Source of the DNA: an uncultured Alphaproteobacteria bacterium
GTDB taxonomy: Bacteria; Pseudomonadota; Alphaproteobacteria; Sphingomonadales; Sphingomonadaceae
Length of the DNA stretch: 64,000 nt
Assembly: GCA_963807815.1 (NCBI GenBank)
Contig: CAWECW010000010.1
Span: 33,214 to 97,213, forward strand
Direction of reading: 5' to 3'
Positions 20,062 through 33,418 of the stretch are shown here, piece by piece. The number at the start of each line of letters is the position of its first letter. Position 1 is the first letter of the stretch. The notes beneath the pieces are model-generated. The model was not told the origin of the DNA. It saw nothing but the letters and a program-made list of their open reading frames with translations, and ran no database searches. The position numbers were made by a program, and so were the translations under genes.

Positions 20062-22788
20062 ACTCTCGAAGGAACTGCGCTCAACGCCGATCTCGCACGA
20101 CGCCGGCCAGGCCGGCTCGTCGGCGAGCGGAATGTGATTCTCGCTGTCGAGCAGCGACGAAGCTTCGCGCCCTTGATGCCTCGCCGCCATCTCCTCCGAG
20201 CAGGCAGCGGCGGATGATTGCGGTCGCTGTTTGCTGTGCATGATCAGCGTCGGCGCGCGGATCTTCGCGAGCTCCTCGCGCAGGTCGAGGATCCGGAACA
20301 CGTCCTGAAGGGCCTCGCTCAGCACGCTGATCGGTACCCAGCCGATCGCCTGAACCAGTCGATCATCTTCGCCGCCGGCCGATGGCCAGTAGAGCGCGCC
20401 GAACATCTCGCGCGAAGGATAGCCGGTCGCTCGATGCATAGCCGCGGCCAAGCTCGAGCAGCGTCTCGCGCCGCTGCGACCTCTTCGGGATCGCCGCGAA
20501 CGCCGAAACCCGCGGCATAGCCGCCGACCAGCACCAGCTTGCGCACCCGCTCCGGATATCGCGCCGCATAGGCCATCGCGACGAGCACGCCGTGCGACAT
20601 GCCAAGTACGTCGAACTGCTCGCACCCCCGCAGCGTCAACCACCGCGATAAGATCGTCGAGCAAGGCGTCGAAGTCCCAACGCGGCGGGTCGTGGTCCGA
20701 CAGGCCGAAGCCGCGGAAATCGCGTTCGGAGCAGGCTGTTGCCCCGCGTCACTTCGGCCATCCAGTGGCCCCAGGTCGGGTGTCGTCAGGTCCTTCTGCG
20801 ACGTGATGAAACCAGACGGCCGGCATGACGATGCGGATCGCCCTCGCCCGCCGATGGAATAACCGATCTTCGTGCCGTCCGCCGACTTGCAGGTGCCGAG
20901 TCTCGCTCACTCGTCTTCACCTGCGCCAGCGCCGGCGATCGAAGGGCGTCGTCCGTCCGCGCCGAGGAACTGGCGCGTGAGCCGGACGAAGGATCGGCCA
21001 GGCCGGCTCCTTCTCCAGCAGGATATGGTTCTCGCCCTCCAGCGGCACGAAGGTCGCGCCCGGGAATGTGCTTGCGCCAGATATTCGCCCGCCGCGAACG
21101 GGACGACCTGGTCGTCCCTCGAATGGAAGATGAGCGTCGGCACGCTCACCTTCGGCAGCAGGTCGCAGACGTCGATCTGCGACAGCGCGCGCTGCAGCTT
21201 CACCGCATTCTCGGGCGAGCAGCTCACGCCGCTGCATCTCGTTCCACCAGCTCGATCTGCTCGGCCGTGCCCTCGGGGATGTAGAGGCTGGTGAAGAGCT
21301 GGCGGTAGGTCGGGTGGTCGGCGCCCCAGCCGACCTCCGTCAGCGTGAGCATCGCCTCGCGACGCGCGATCTCCTCGGGATTGCCGCGCGCCGCCCAGCC
21401 CTGCGCATAGCCGCCGACAATCAGCAGCCTGCGCACCTTCTCCGGATGCCGCACGGCATAAGCGATCGCCACCGACGCGCCCTGGCTGATGCCGAGCAGG
21501 TCGAACTTCTCGACGCCCGGCGCAATCGACCACGCATTCCAGGTCGTCGACGAACGCCTCGAACGAAATTTCCGGCGTGTCCCAGTCGGACAGGCCGTTG
21601 GCGCGCTCGTCGTAGCGGATCAGCGTGTGGCCGTCGCGTGAACTCCTGCAGCCAGTGCCGCCAGACCGGGCTCTTCCAGTCATGCTCGATATGGTTGAGC
21701 CAGTTGGCGGCCTTCACCAGCGGCGGCCCCTCGCCAACCACCGAAAAGGCCAGCCGCGTCCCGTCCTTCGCCGTGCAGTAGCGGACGACCTGCTGCGGCA
21801 GGCCCGGTCGCTGCGCTCTCGCGAGCTCTTCGCCTGCTCTTCGACGCTGCCGCCGCCAGGTCGCGGGCGGCTCGCCATATTCGCGCTTGAACGCGCGGTT
21901 GAACGCGGCCTCGCGAGTTGAAGCCGACGGAATAAGCGACGTTCGACGCATTCTGCTTGCCGTCGCGAAGCATGTTCGCCGCCACGCGCATCCGCCAGCG
22001 CGCGCAATAGCGCATCGGCGGCTCGCCGATCAGCTCGGCGAAGCGCTCGCCCGAGCACGGTGCGCGAAACGCCCGCCTCCCGCGCGAGCGTCTCGATGTC
22101 GAGCTCTTCGGCATAGCGGCTGTGGATGATCGACAGCGCCTTGGCGACTGCCGGGTCCTTGAGACCGCCGAGCCAGCCGCCCTCGCCCGGCAGCAGTCGG
22201 TCCATGTAGCGGCGGATCGCCTGGGCGAAGAACAGCTCCGCCAGCCGCGCGACCAGCTCCGGCGAATTGCTCGCCTCGTTGAGCATGCGCATCGAAGTTT
22301 CGAGCCAGTCGCCGTGGGCGTCGTCGCCGCCGTCGAGCTTCAGTATACGGCGGCAAGCTGTCGAGCAGCGGATGATCGCTCGGCCGACGACGCCGAGGAA
22401 GCCGCATACATACTTCGGCTTCTTCGCCGCCGTGATCGATCACGAGTGCGCGCCGGCCCGTGCGGGCGCCTGCTGGATGAGATCGTGGGAGTCGACCGGC
22501 GGCAGCCCCGGCCGGCTGTACAGCAGATGCGGGTCGTTGCGCGGCAGCAGGATGATGTCGCCCGGCCTTAGCTGCGATCGGCAGTTCCCCGTCGACTCGA
22601 CGCGATCAGACCTTGCCCGACCGGACGTAATGATAGCTGATCAGCTCGTCCGGCGCGGGGTAGAAGGGCGCGCAATCGCTCGTCGCGTGAACCGGCGACA
22701 GACGCAGAAGTCGCCGCTGGACTCGGCGTCGATGACCACGCCGCCGGTCAGGCGAAGCGATCCCAGATATGTCCGTCAAAACGTCCAT
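20058..22788 (-). CDS. Cupin-AraC transcriptional regulator fused to alpha/beta-hydrolase domain(s); second hydrolase (20058-20905) fused or translationally coupled
   Basis: MDVLTDI...LRLTGGV cupin N-terminus; AFNRAFKREYGEPPATWRR continues in frame into LPQQVVRYCTAKDGTRLAF; GISQG/GENHIL and GMSHG/SENHIP motifs. Confidence 0.78.
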
Positions 22789-22813
22789 GGAGGCCCCGCT
22801 GCGCAGCCGTATG

Positions 22814-22849
22814 CGGCGTTTCGATCAAGTTATCCGGCAAGCCGGTCAA
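22814..22849 (+). promoter_or_regulatory. Tandem putative AraC half-sites (21-bp period)
   Basis: CGGCGTTTCGATCAA (22814) and CGGCAAGCCGGTCAA (22835) in the divergent intergenic region. Confidence 0.5.
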
Positions 22850-22975
22850 TTTTGGCAAACGCGCGCGTTGAGCTAGAGACTGGTCATCACATCGCAGGGA
22901 CCGAACAGCGACTTCGGAAGCACCGCTTCCGGGGAGCGGGACACTCTGTGCCTTAAAAATCAAAGGGAAATCGAA

Positions 22976-23090
22976 ATGAAGCAATTCGAAAAGGAACTGC
23001 GTGCGCGAAGCGCGGTCGTCATGTTCTTCGCCGTTCTTTCCGGTGTCTCTGCGGTCGCGACTGCGGTCCTGCCGGCATTGTCCACGCCTA
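22976..23090 (+). CDS. Small hydrophobic peptide (~38-52 aa)
   Basis: RBS AAAGGGA; MKQFEKELRARSAVVMFFAVLSGVSAVATAVLPA...; stop uncertain (TAA ~23090 after an indel, or TGA 23134). Confidence 0.5.
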
Positions 23091-23111
23091 AGTCAAAAAG
23101 AGGAAACGACC

Positions 23112-24026
23112 ATGTATCACGACTTCAATTATGAGGCGACGCTGGCGTCGTCGCTGCGGGCCGCAGTGGCAGCTCGACGACGTGCTGCGCGAGGACCAGG
23201 AGCTCGACTTCAGCCGCAACTTCCTGCCGGAGAGCCTGGCGCGCACGGCCGCGCTCGAGCGGCCTCAACGCCTTCGAGCAGCAGACCCTGAACCAGATCG
23301 CCGCGCACCAATATCTGTGCATGTTCGGGGTGGTGGAGGAGTTCATCCTCCCCTTCCTCGCTCGACCATGCCCGGCCGCAGCTGCGCGACGACGACTGGC
23401 GCGTCCGCGCTCTGCTCAACTTCGCGAGCGAGGAAGCCAAGCACATCCATTTGTTCAAGCGCTTCCACGCGGCGTTCGTGCGGGGCTTCCCGGTCGAGTG
23501 CCAGATGATCGGCCCGTCCGAAGCGATCGGCGCCGAAGATCCTCCGCCACGATCCGCTCGCGGTCGGCCTCGTCATCCTGATGATCGAGTGGATGACCCA
23601 GCAGCATTACCTCGGCAGCATCCGCGACGACGGCGACATCGACCCGCTCTTCAAGAGCCTGCTGAAGCATCACTGGATCGAGGAATCGCAGCACGCCAAG
23701 CTCGACACTTTGATCGTCGATGCGCTGGCCGAAGGGCCGCACCGAAGCCGAGATCGACAAGGCGATCGACGAGTTCTTCGAGATCGGCGACGTTCCTCGA
23801 CGGCGGCCTCAAGGCCCAGGCCGGCGTTCAACCTCGACGCGCTCGAGAAGGTGATCGGCCGCACAGCTCGACGAACCGCGAGGAGATCGAGGCGCAGCAG
23901 CACCAGGCCGCGCGCTGGACCTTCATCGGTTCCGGAATGGTCCACGAGCGCTTCAAGGCGACGCTCGAGAGCATCTCGCCCAAGGCCGCCGCCCGCCTGG
24001 CGGAAGCCGCGCCGATCTTCGCCTGA
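23112..24026 (+). CDS. Ferritin-like diiron oxygenase, AurF/CmlI-like (frameshifted)
   Basis: VEEF...SEEAKH...MIEW...HHWIEESQH, i.e. E, ExxH, E, HxxxExxH ligand pattern. Confidence 0.78.
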
Positions 24027-24053
24027 ACACTCATCAACCCAAGGAGAATAATC

Positions 24054-24616
24054 ATGTTGGACACCGTCAAGAATGCGCCCGTCAACGGCCTCGACCTCGC
24101 CGCTCTCGGCGAAGTCGTCGAAGCGATCGAAAAGGACGCTCGCAAGGCCATGGTCGGCTTCGACGTCATCACCCGCTGGAAGGGCCAGACCCGCAGCGAG
24201 ACGATCGTCGACGGCTTCACCATGGCCGGCGAGCGCATCGAGCGCAGCCACACGATCGTCGCCGACGAGCCGTGCGAACTGCTCGGCGCCGACAGCGCGC
24301 CGAACCCGCAGGAGCTGCTGATGGCGGCGTTCAACGCCTGCATCACGGTCGGCTATGTCGCCGGCGCTGCGCTCAAGGGCATCAAGCTCGAATCGCTCGA
24401 GATCCGCACCCGCGGCGAGCTCGACCTGCGCGGCTTCCTCGGCCTCAGCGACCCGTCCCGCCGGGCTACGAGAACGTCGACTATGAAGTCCGCATCAAGG
24501 GCGACGGATCGCCGGCGGATTTCGAGGAAATCCACCAGACGGTCATGAAGACCTCGCCCAACTACTTCAACATGAGCCGTCCGATCAAAATGAACGGCAC
24601 GCTCAGCGTCGCCTGA
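24054..24616 (+). CDS. OsmC/Ohr family protein
   Basis: ADEPCELLGADSAPNPQELLMAAFNAC, LDLRGFLG, TSPN. Confidence 0.88.
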
Positions 24617-24624
24617 CGCAACAC

Positions 24625-24655
24625 TCGGCGCCGCGACAGTCGCGCGCGGCGCCGA
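24625..24655 (+). other. Intercistronic GC-rich hairpin
   Basis: TCGGCGCCGCG...CGCGGCGCCGA, no U tail. Confidence 0.55.
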
Positions 24656-24685
24656 CCGTTTCGAACTCAAAGGGGAATTGAACGA

Positions 24686-25527
24686 ATGGCCGATCTCGGC
24701 ATCCAAAAGATCAATCCGAACAAGGCGCTGTGGGAAAAGGGCGACTTCACCCGGATCGCCGAAACCATGCGCCAAAGCGGCGAGGACCTCGTCGAGACGC
24801 TTCGGCATCGAACCGCGGCATGAAAGTGCTCGACCTCGGCTGCGGCGACGGCACGACGGCGCTGCCGGCCGCGCGGCGCGGCGCGCGAAGTGCTCGGCGT
24901 CGACATCGCCTCGAATCTCGTCGCCGCGGGCAATGACGCGCGCGAAGGCGGCCGGTCTCGACAATCTGCGCTTCCAGCAAGGCGACGCGTCGAACCTCAA
25001 CCGGCATCGCCGACGACAAGTTCGACCTCGTCGTCAGCATCTTCGGCGCGATGTTCGCGCCGCGGCCCGTTCGACGTCGCGGAAGAGATGGTCCGCGTCA
25101 CCAAGCCGGGCGGGCGGATCGTCATGGGCAATTGGATTCCCGGCGACCCGACCCTGGTCGCGCAGATCCTGAAGATCAGCGCGGCCTACACGCCGCCTCC
25201 GCCGGAGGGCTTCGTCAGCCCGATGACCTGGGGCGACGAGGGCAAGGTCCGCGAGCGCTTCGAAGCCGCCGGCATCGAGCCGGAGAACATCGGCTTCGAA
25301 CGGGCGACCTGGTTCTTCCGCGGCGACGGTCCGCCGTCCGAACTGCTCGGCGATCTTCCGCAACTATTACGGCCCGACGATGAACGCCTTCGAGGCGGCA
25401 GCGAAGGACGGCCGCGAAGAGCAACTCGCAGCGGAGCTGACGCGATCTGTTCAACGCCCAGAACAAGGGCGGCGACCGCACCGAAATCCCCGCAACCTTC
25501 CTCAAGGTGACCGTCAGGAAAGCCTGA
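24686..25527 (+). CDS. Class I SAM-dependent methyltransferase (frameshifted)
   Basis: NKALWEKGDFTRIA, VLDLGCGDG, VDIA, FDLVVSIFGAMFAP, RVTKPGGRI. Confidence 0.9.
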
Positions 25528-25559
25528 TCGCGCACCCAAGACATCAGGACAAACGACAA

Positions 25560-25955
25560 GTGGAACACGCAGTCAAAGTACCAGCCGACCGTCACGTTGA
25601 ACGCCGTTTCGAACGGCGCCGGCCGCTCCTGCGGCTCGTGAAGCCCGCATCGCCGCATTCGCGCGCCGCAACGCGGTTCGCCGAGACCTGCGCGGCGATC
25701 GGCGGAACGACCATGCTTCACGACCTGATGCCGGACGTCGTCACGATCAGCTTCGGCTCCAGGACCGACGCGATCAGCCAGCGCCTGCGCAGCCGCGGCT
25801 GGGATTTCGTCGGCACCGGCGACTGGCAGGGCGAGCGCGTGCTCGGCGTGTCCTTCGCCGGCGACCGCCGCGCGAACCGGACTGCGGACGACCTTGCCGA
25901 CGCCCTGATCGCGGTCGTCGGCGAGCTGGAGATTGCCGAAACACGAACCTGGTAA
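25560..25955 (+). CDS. Hypothetical protein resembling the C-terminal small domain of fold-type I PLP decarboxylases
   Basis: RBS AGGA plus GTG; AATRFAETCAAIGGTTMLHDLMPDVVTISFG...DFVGTGDWQGERVLGVSF. Confidence 0.55.
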   Translation: MEHAVKVPADRHVERRFERRRPLLRLVKPASPHSRAATRFAETCAAIGGTTMLHDLMPDVVTISFGSRTDAISQRLRSRGWDFVGTGDWQGERVLGVSFAGDRRANRTADDLADALIAVVGELEIAETRTW

Positions 25956-26003
25956 CCCCCGCGCCGGCGCTCCCCTCCCCACTCCCCAGCCGGCGCACAA
26001 AGG

Positions 26004-26042
26004 AAAGGCCCCGGAGCACCAAAGCTCCGGGGCCTTTTTCTT
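26004..26042. terminator. Bidirectional rho-independent terminator
   Basis: AAAGGCCCCGGAGC-ACCAAA-GCTCCGGGGCCTTTTT between convergent genes. Confidence 0.88.
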
Positions 26043-26071
26043 CTCGAGCCGTCGAGGCCTTGAAATACGGT

Positions 26072-26585
26072 CTAGGCGCTTCTCGGCCTCGGCGTCGACG
26101 GTCTGCCGCGAAGCAGGCTGGTCGCCGCCGCCAATGGCGGAACGCTCCTGCGCCTCGCTTCCGCCGATGCTGATCTTCCGCGGCTTCATCGCCTCGGGGA
26201 TCTCGCGCACCAGCTCGATCGCGAGCAGGCCGTCCTTCAGGTCCGCGCCGCGCACCTGGATATGGTCGGCCAGCGCGAAGCGGCGCTCGAACGAGCGGGT
26301 CGCAATGCCGCGGTAGATGTAATCCGTGCCGCGGTTCTCGCTCTCCTCGCCCTTCTTGCCGCTGACGATCAGCACGTTCTGCTGGGCGGTGATGTCGATC
26401 TCGTCCGGCTTGAAGCCGGCGACCGCCAGCTCGATGCGATAATCGTTGTCGCCAAGCTTGATCAGGTCGAACGGCGGATAATTTTCCTGGCCCTGGCCGG
26501 CGCTGCTGTTCTCGAGCATGTCGAACAGCCGGTCGAAGCCGACGGTGGAGCGCCGATAGGGCGCAAAGTCGAAAGCACTACGCAT
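26072..26585 (-). CDS. ibpA: Small heat shock protein Hsp20 (IbpA-like)
   Basis: RSTVGFDRLFD, NYPPFD, IELAVAGF, YRGIATRSFERRFALAD, IPEAMKPRKI; stop inferred across an indel. Confidence 0.92.
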
Positions 26586-26675
26586 GTCTTGTCCTCCATC
26601 TTGAGCAACAAGGCGGGACGGCAGCGCCGCGTCGGGCCGCCCGCCCCGTCGCCGGACCCATTGGCGTCCGGCGGC
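26586..26675 (-). promoter_or_regulatory. ROSE-like RNA thermometer in the Hsp20 5' UTR
   Basis: Upstream hairpins, then CUUG-UUGCU-CAAGAUG-GAGGA-CAAG with UUGCU pairing the SD. Confidence 0.7.
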
Positions 26676-26680
26676 GAAGA

Positions 26681-26708
26681 ATCTGGGTTTGGCGCCAGCG
26701 ATTTCAAG
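26681..26708 (-). promoter_or_regulatory. RpoH (sigma32) promoter
   Basis: CTTGAA-N15-CCCAGAT upstream of the Hsp20 gene. Confidence 0.75.
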
Positions 26709-26775
26709 ACCCTGTGGAAAACACGGCTCGCTCCGCTTGGCACGGCTCGAATCAGCGCCCTATAGCTGATCGCAC

Positions 26776-28769
26776 ATGTCCGACCTGTTCGCTTCCTCCG
26801 CCGCACCGCCGCACCCGAAAGCTACGACGCTTCCTCGATCGAGGTGCTCGAGGGCCTGGAGCCCGTCCGCCGCCGCCCCGGCATGTACATCGGCGGCACC
26901 GACGCGCGCGCGCTCCACCACCTCGCCGCCGAGGTCATCGACAATGCGATGGACGAGGCGGTCGCCGGCCACGCCAGCCGCATCGAGGTCACGCTGGAGC
27001 CCGGCAACCGCCTGACCGTCATCGACAACGGCCGCGGCATCCCGGTCGACCCGCACCCCAAATATCCGGGCAAGTCGGCGCTCGAGGTCATCATGACCAC
27101 CCTCCACTCGGGCGGCAAGTTCGAGGGCAAGGCCTACTAGCACCTCCGGCGGCCTCCACGGCGTCGGCGTCAGCGTCGTCAACGCGCTCTCGACCGAGAC
27201 GATCATCGAGGTCGCCCGCGACAAGAAGCTCTACCGCCAGTCCTTCTCGCAAGGGCCTCGCCACCTCGCAAGCTCGAAGAGGTCGGCGCCGCCCCCAACC
27301 GCGCGGCACCACCGTCACCTTCACCCCCGACCCGGAGATCTTCGGCGCCGACGTCCGACTTCGACCCCGCGCCGCCTGCTCCGCCTCGCCCGCTCCAAGG
27401 CCTATCTCTTCGCCGGCGTCGAGATCCGCTGGCGCTGCGACCCGTCGCTCGCCTCCGCCGACGTCCCCGAAAGCGCCGTCTTCCAGTTCCCCGGCGGCCT
27501 CGCCGACCATCTCGCCGAGCAGATCGGCGACCGCCCTGCCGTCACCAACCAGCCCTTCGTCGGCCGGCAGGACTTCCCTCCGCGACGGCGTCCAGGGCAG
27601 CGCCGAATGGGCGGTCGCCTGGCCGCTCTATTCGGACGGCTCCGAAAGCTATTACTGCAACACCATCCCCACGCCCGACGGCGGCACGCACGAAGCGGGC
27701 CTCCGCGCCGCGCTGACCAAGGGCATCCGCGCCTTCGGCGAGCTGGTCGGCAACAAGAAGGCGAAGGACATCACCGCCGACGACGTCTTCAACGGCGTCG
27801 AGCTGATGCTGTCGGTGTTCATCCGCAACCCGCATTTCCAGAGCCAGACCAAGGACCGCCTCACCAGCCTCGAGGCCGCGCGCTTCGTCGAGAATGCCGT
27901 CCGCGACCATTTCGACCATTACCTCGCCGACAATATGGACCGCGGCCGCGCGCTGCTCGGCTCGATCCTCGAGCGGATGGAGGAGCGCCTCCGCCGCCGC
28001 GCCGAGCGCGAGGTCAAGCGCAAGACCGCCACCTCCGCCCGCAAGCTCCGCCTCCCCGGCAAGCTCACCGACTGCTCCTCCGACGACCCCGAGGGCACCG
28101 AATTGTTCATCGTCGAAGGCGACAGCGCCGGCGGCTCGGCCAAGCAGGCCCGCGACCGCAAGACGCAGGCGATCCTCCCCATCCGCGGCAAGATCCTCAA
28201 CGTCGCCAGCGCCACCGCCGACAAGATCCGCGCCAACAGCGAGATCGCCGACCTCAACCTCGCGCTTGGCTGCGGCAACCGCGACAAGTTCGACGAGGAT
28301 GCGCTGCGCTACGAAAAGATCATCATCATGACCGACGCCGACGTCGACGGCGCCCACATCGCGACCCTGCTGATGACCTTCTTCTTCCAGGAAATGCCGG
28401 AGCTGGTCCGCCGCGGCCACCTCTTCCTCGCCCAGCCGCCGCTCTACCGCCTGACCGCCGGCGCCAAGACCCTCTACGCCCGCGACGACGCCCACCGCGC
28501 CGAGCTCGAAGCGACCGAGTTCAAGGGCAAGAAGGTCGAGGTCAGCCGCTTCAAGGGCCTCGGCGAGATGAACCCGAACCAGCTCAAGGAAACCACCATG
28601 GACCCGGAGACGCGGTCGCTGTCTGAAGGTGACGCTGCCGCAGCCTATGAGGACCGCCAGCCGGTCAAGGACCTGGTCGAGCGGCTGATGGGGAGCGACC
28701 CGGCGCAACGGTTCGCGTTCATCCAGTCGCGGCGCGGCGGCGGTGGATGAAGAGGAGATCGACGCCTAA
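26776..28769 (+). CDS. parE: DNA topoisomerase IV subunit B
   Basis: [62 protein letters not shown]; short ParE-type length. Confidence 0.95.
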
Positions 28770-28779
28770 TCAGCTCACT

Positions 28780-29737
28780 CTACGTGAGACTCGGAACCCG
28801 TTGCCGGATCCACCGGCTGGCGATGAATTTTTGACCCGCTTCGACCGGGTCACCGGCGTGCTGAGAATTGGGATCGGGCCGGCCCTGGTCGTCGGCATTG
28901 CGGAACAGCAAAGCGTCGCCCTTGCGTCCACTCACGGCCAGGTTGCTTCTCATGAACCGTGTCCCCCCGCCCTCGTAGCCGTCGTTCAGATAGACGAGGA
29001 ACGTGAGAATTCGCTGGTTGTCGGTTTCGCCCAAGGCGTCGAAATGCGGGCGGTATTCCTGCCCGGGAAGATAGCGGAGGACCTGCAACGGCTCCCCTTG
29101 CTTGACGCTTGTCCCGCTCGCCCGGGCCAGCCGTGCGCACAAGGCATGAATGGCGGGACTTTCGGCGATGAGCGAAAAAGCGGCAGCATCCGATGTGCGG
29201 ACTGGGTTCGCGGTCAATTTCCCCGTGACGGGATCGACCACTTTCGACGGCTGGAGGAGCGGAAGGGCGGCCTCCACCAGGAAATCGCATTCGTCATCGC
29301 TGAACAGCGAGGGGAAGACGGTCACCTCAGGCGAGTTCGAGACTCGTTCGGAAGCGAAGGCACCGAGAGGCTCGCCGCTGTCCGACAATTGCATGAGACT
29401 CGATGAGCTCGAGTTCACGTTTGGCGGATGGGTCGCGAGACGAATCCTCGGCAAGGAGTTGGACGGCCGCTGGCCAATCGGCAGGCGCCCCGGTCCCATT
29501 TGCAACGAATGCACGAAAAGCGGCCGCGCCTTCGAGGCTCCCGGCGCTCGACGCTCGGCGGAACAAGTCTCGGGAAAGCGCGAGATCGCGCCGGACGAAA
29601 TCGCCGGCGAGCGCGAGGTGGCCGAGCGCGCTCAGCGCATCGGCATCGTCCTGCTTCGCGGCCTCGGCCAGCAGGCTGAGACCTTCCTGAATGCGTCCTG
29701 CGTCCAGCAGGGATCGGGCGTGATGAACATCGATCAT
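28780..29737 (-). CDS. 2OG-Fe(II) oxygenase, prolyl 4-hydroxylase-like, with N-terminal Sel1/TPR-like region
   Basis: VRTS, GEPLQVLRYLPGQEYRPHFD, LVYLN..EGGGT.F, HAGDPV..G.K. Confidence 0.88.
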
Positions 29738-29777
29738 TAGCGCTCGCTCGTTGGCAGACCACTCTCGGGACAGCCAC

Positions 29778-29811
29778 AAAAAAAGGGCCGGAGCGCGAAC
29801 GCCCCGACCCC
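29778..29811 (-). terminator. Rho-independent terminator after the TonB-dependent receptor
   Basis: Minus strand GGGGTCGGGGCG-TTCG-CGCTCCGGCCCT-TTTTTT. Confidence 0.8.
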
Positions 29812-29833
29812 AGTTTTTGAAGCGAAAAAGGTC

Positions 29834-33228
<3,395 letters not shown>

Positions 33229-33418
33229 AACGCGTTACACCCCTCAATTAAGTCCGCTGAAGTGGCGGTTAGTCTTCATGGAAAACTCAATCGGATCGAC
33301 TGAGGAGCGGGTGAATGATTGGGTTGACCTTGTTTGACAATGCGCGCTGTGCGCCGAATTTAAGTTCGTCTGGGCCCTGTCACATTGATGTCACAGGAAG
33401 TCCGGCTCCAAGCCTGGT

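Noticed and set aside
25215-26585. 456-aa extended Hsp20
   Set aside because: The extension runs through a terminator and antisense to real genes; one indel near 26075 restores a normal stop.
27542-28708. Long antisense and alternate-frame ORFs (also 6392-8149, 50191-52134, 56172-57233)
   Set aside because: Shadow ORFs typical of high-GC coding DNA opposite well-identified genes; no recognisable motifs.
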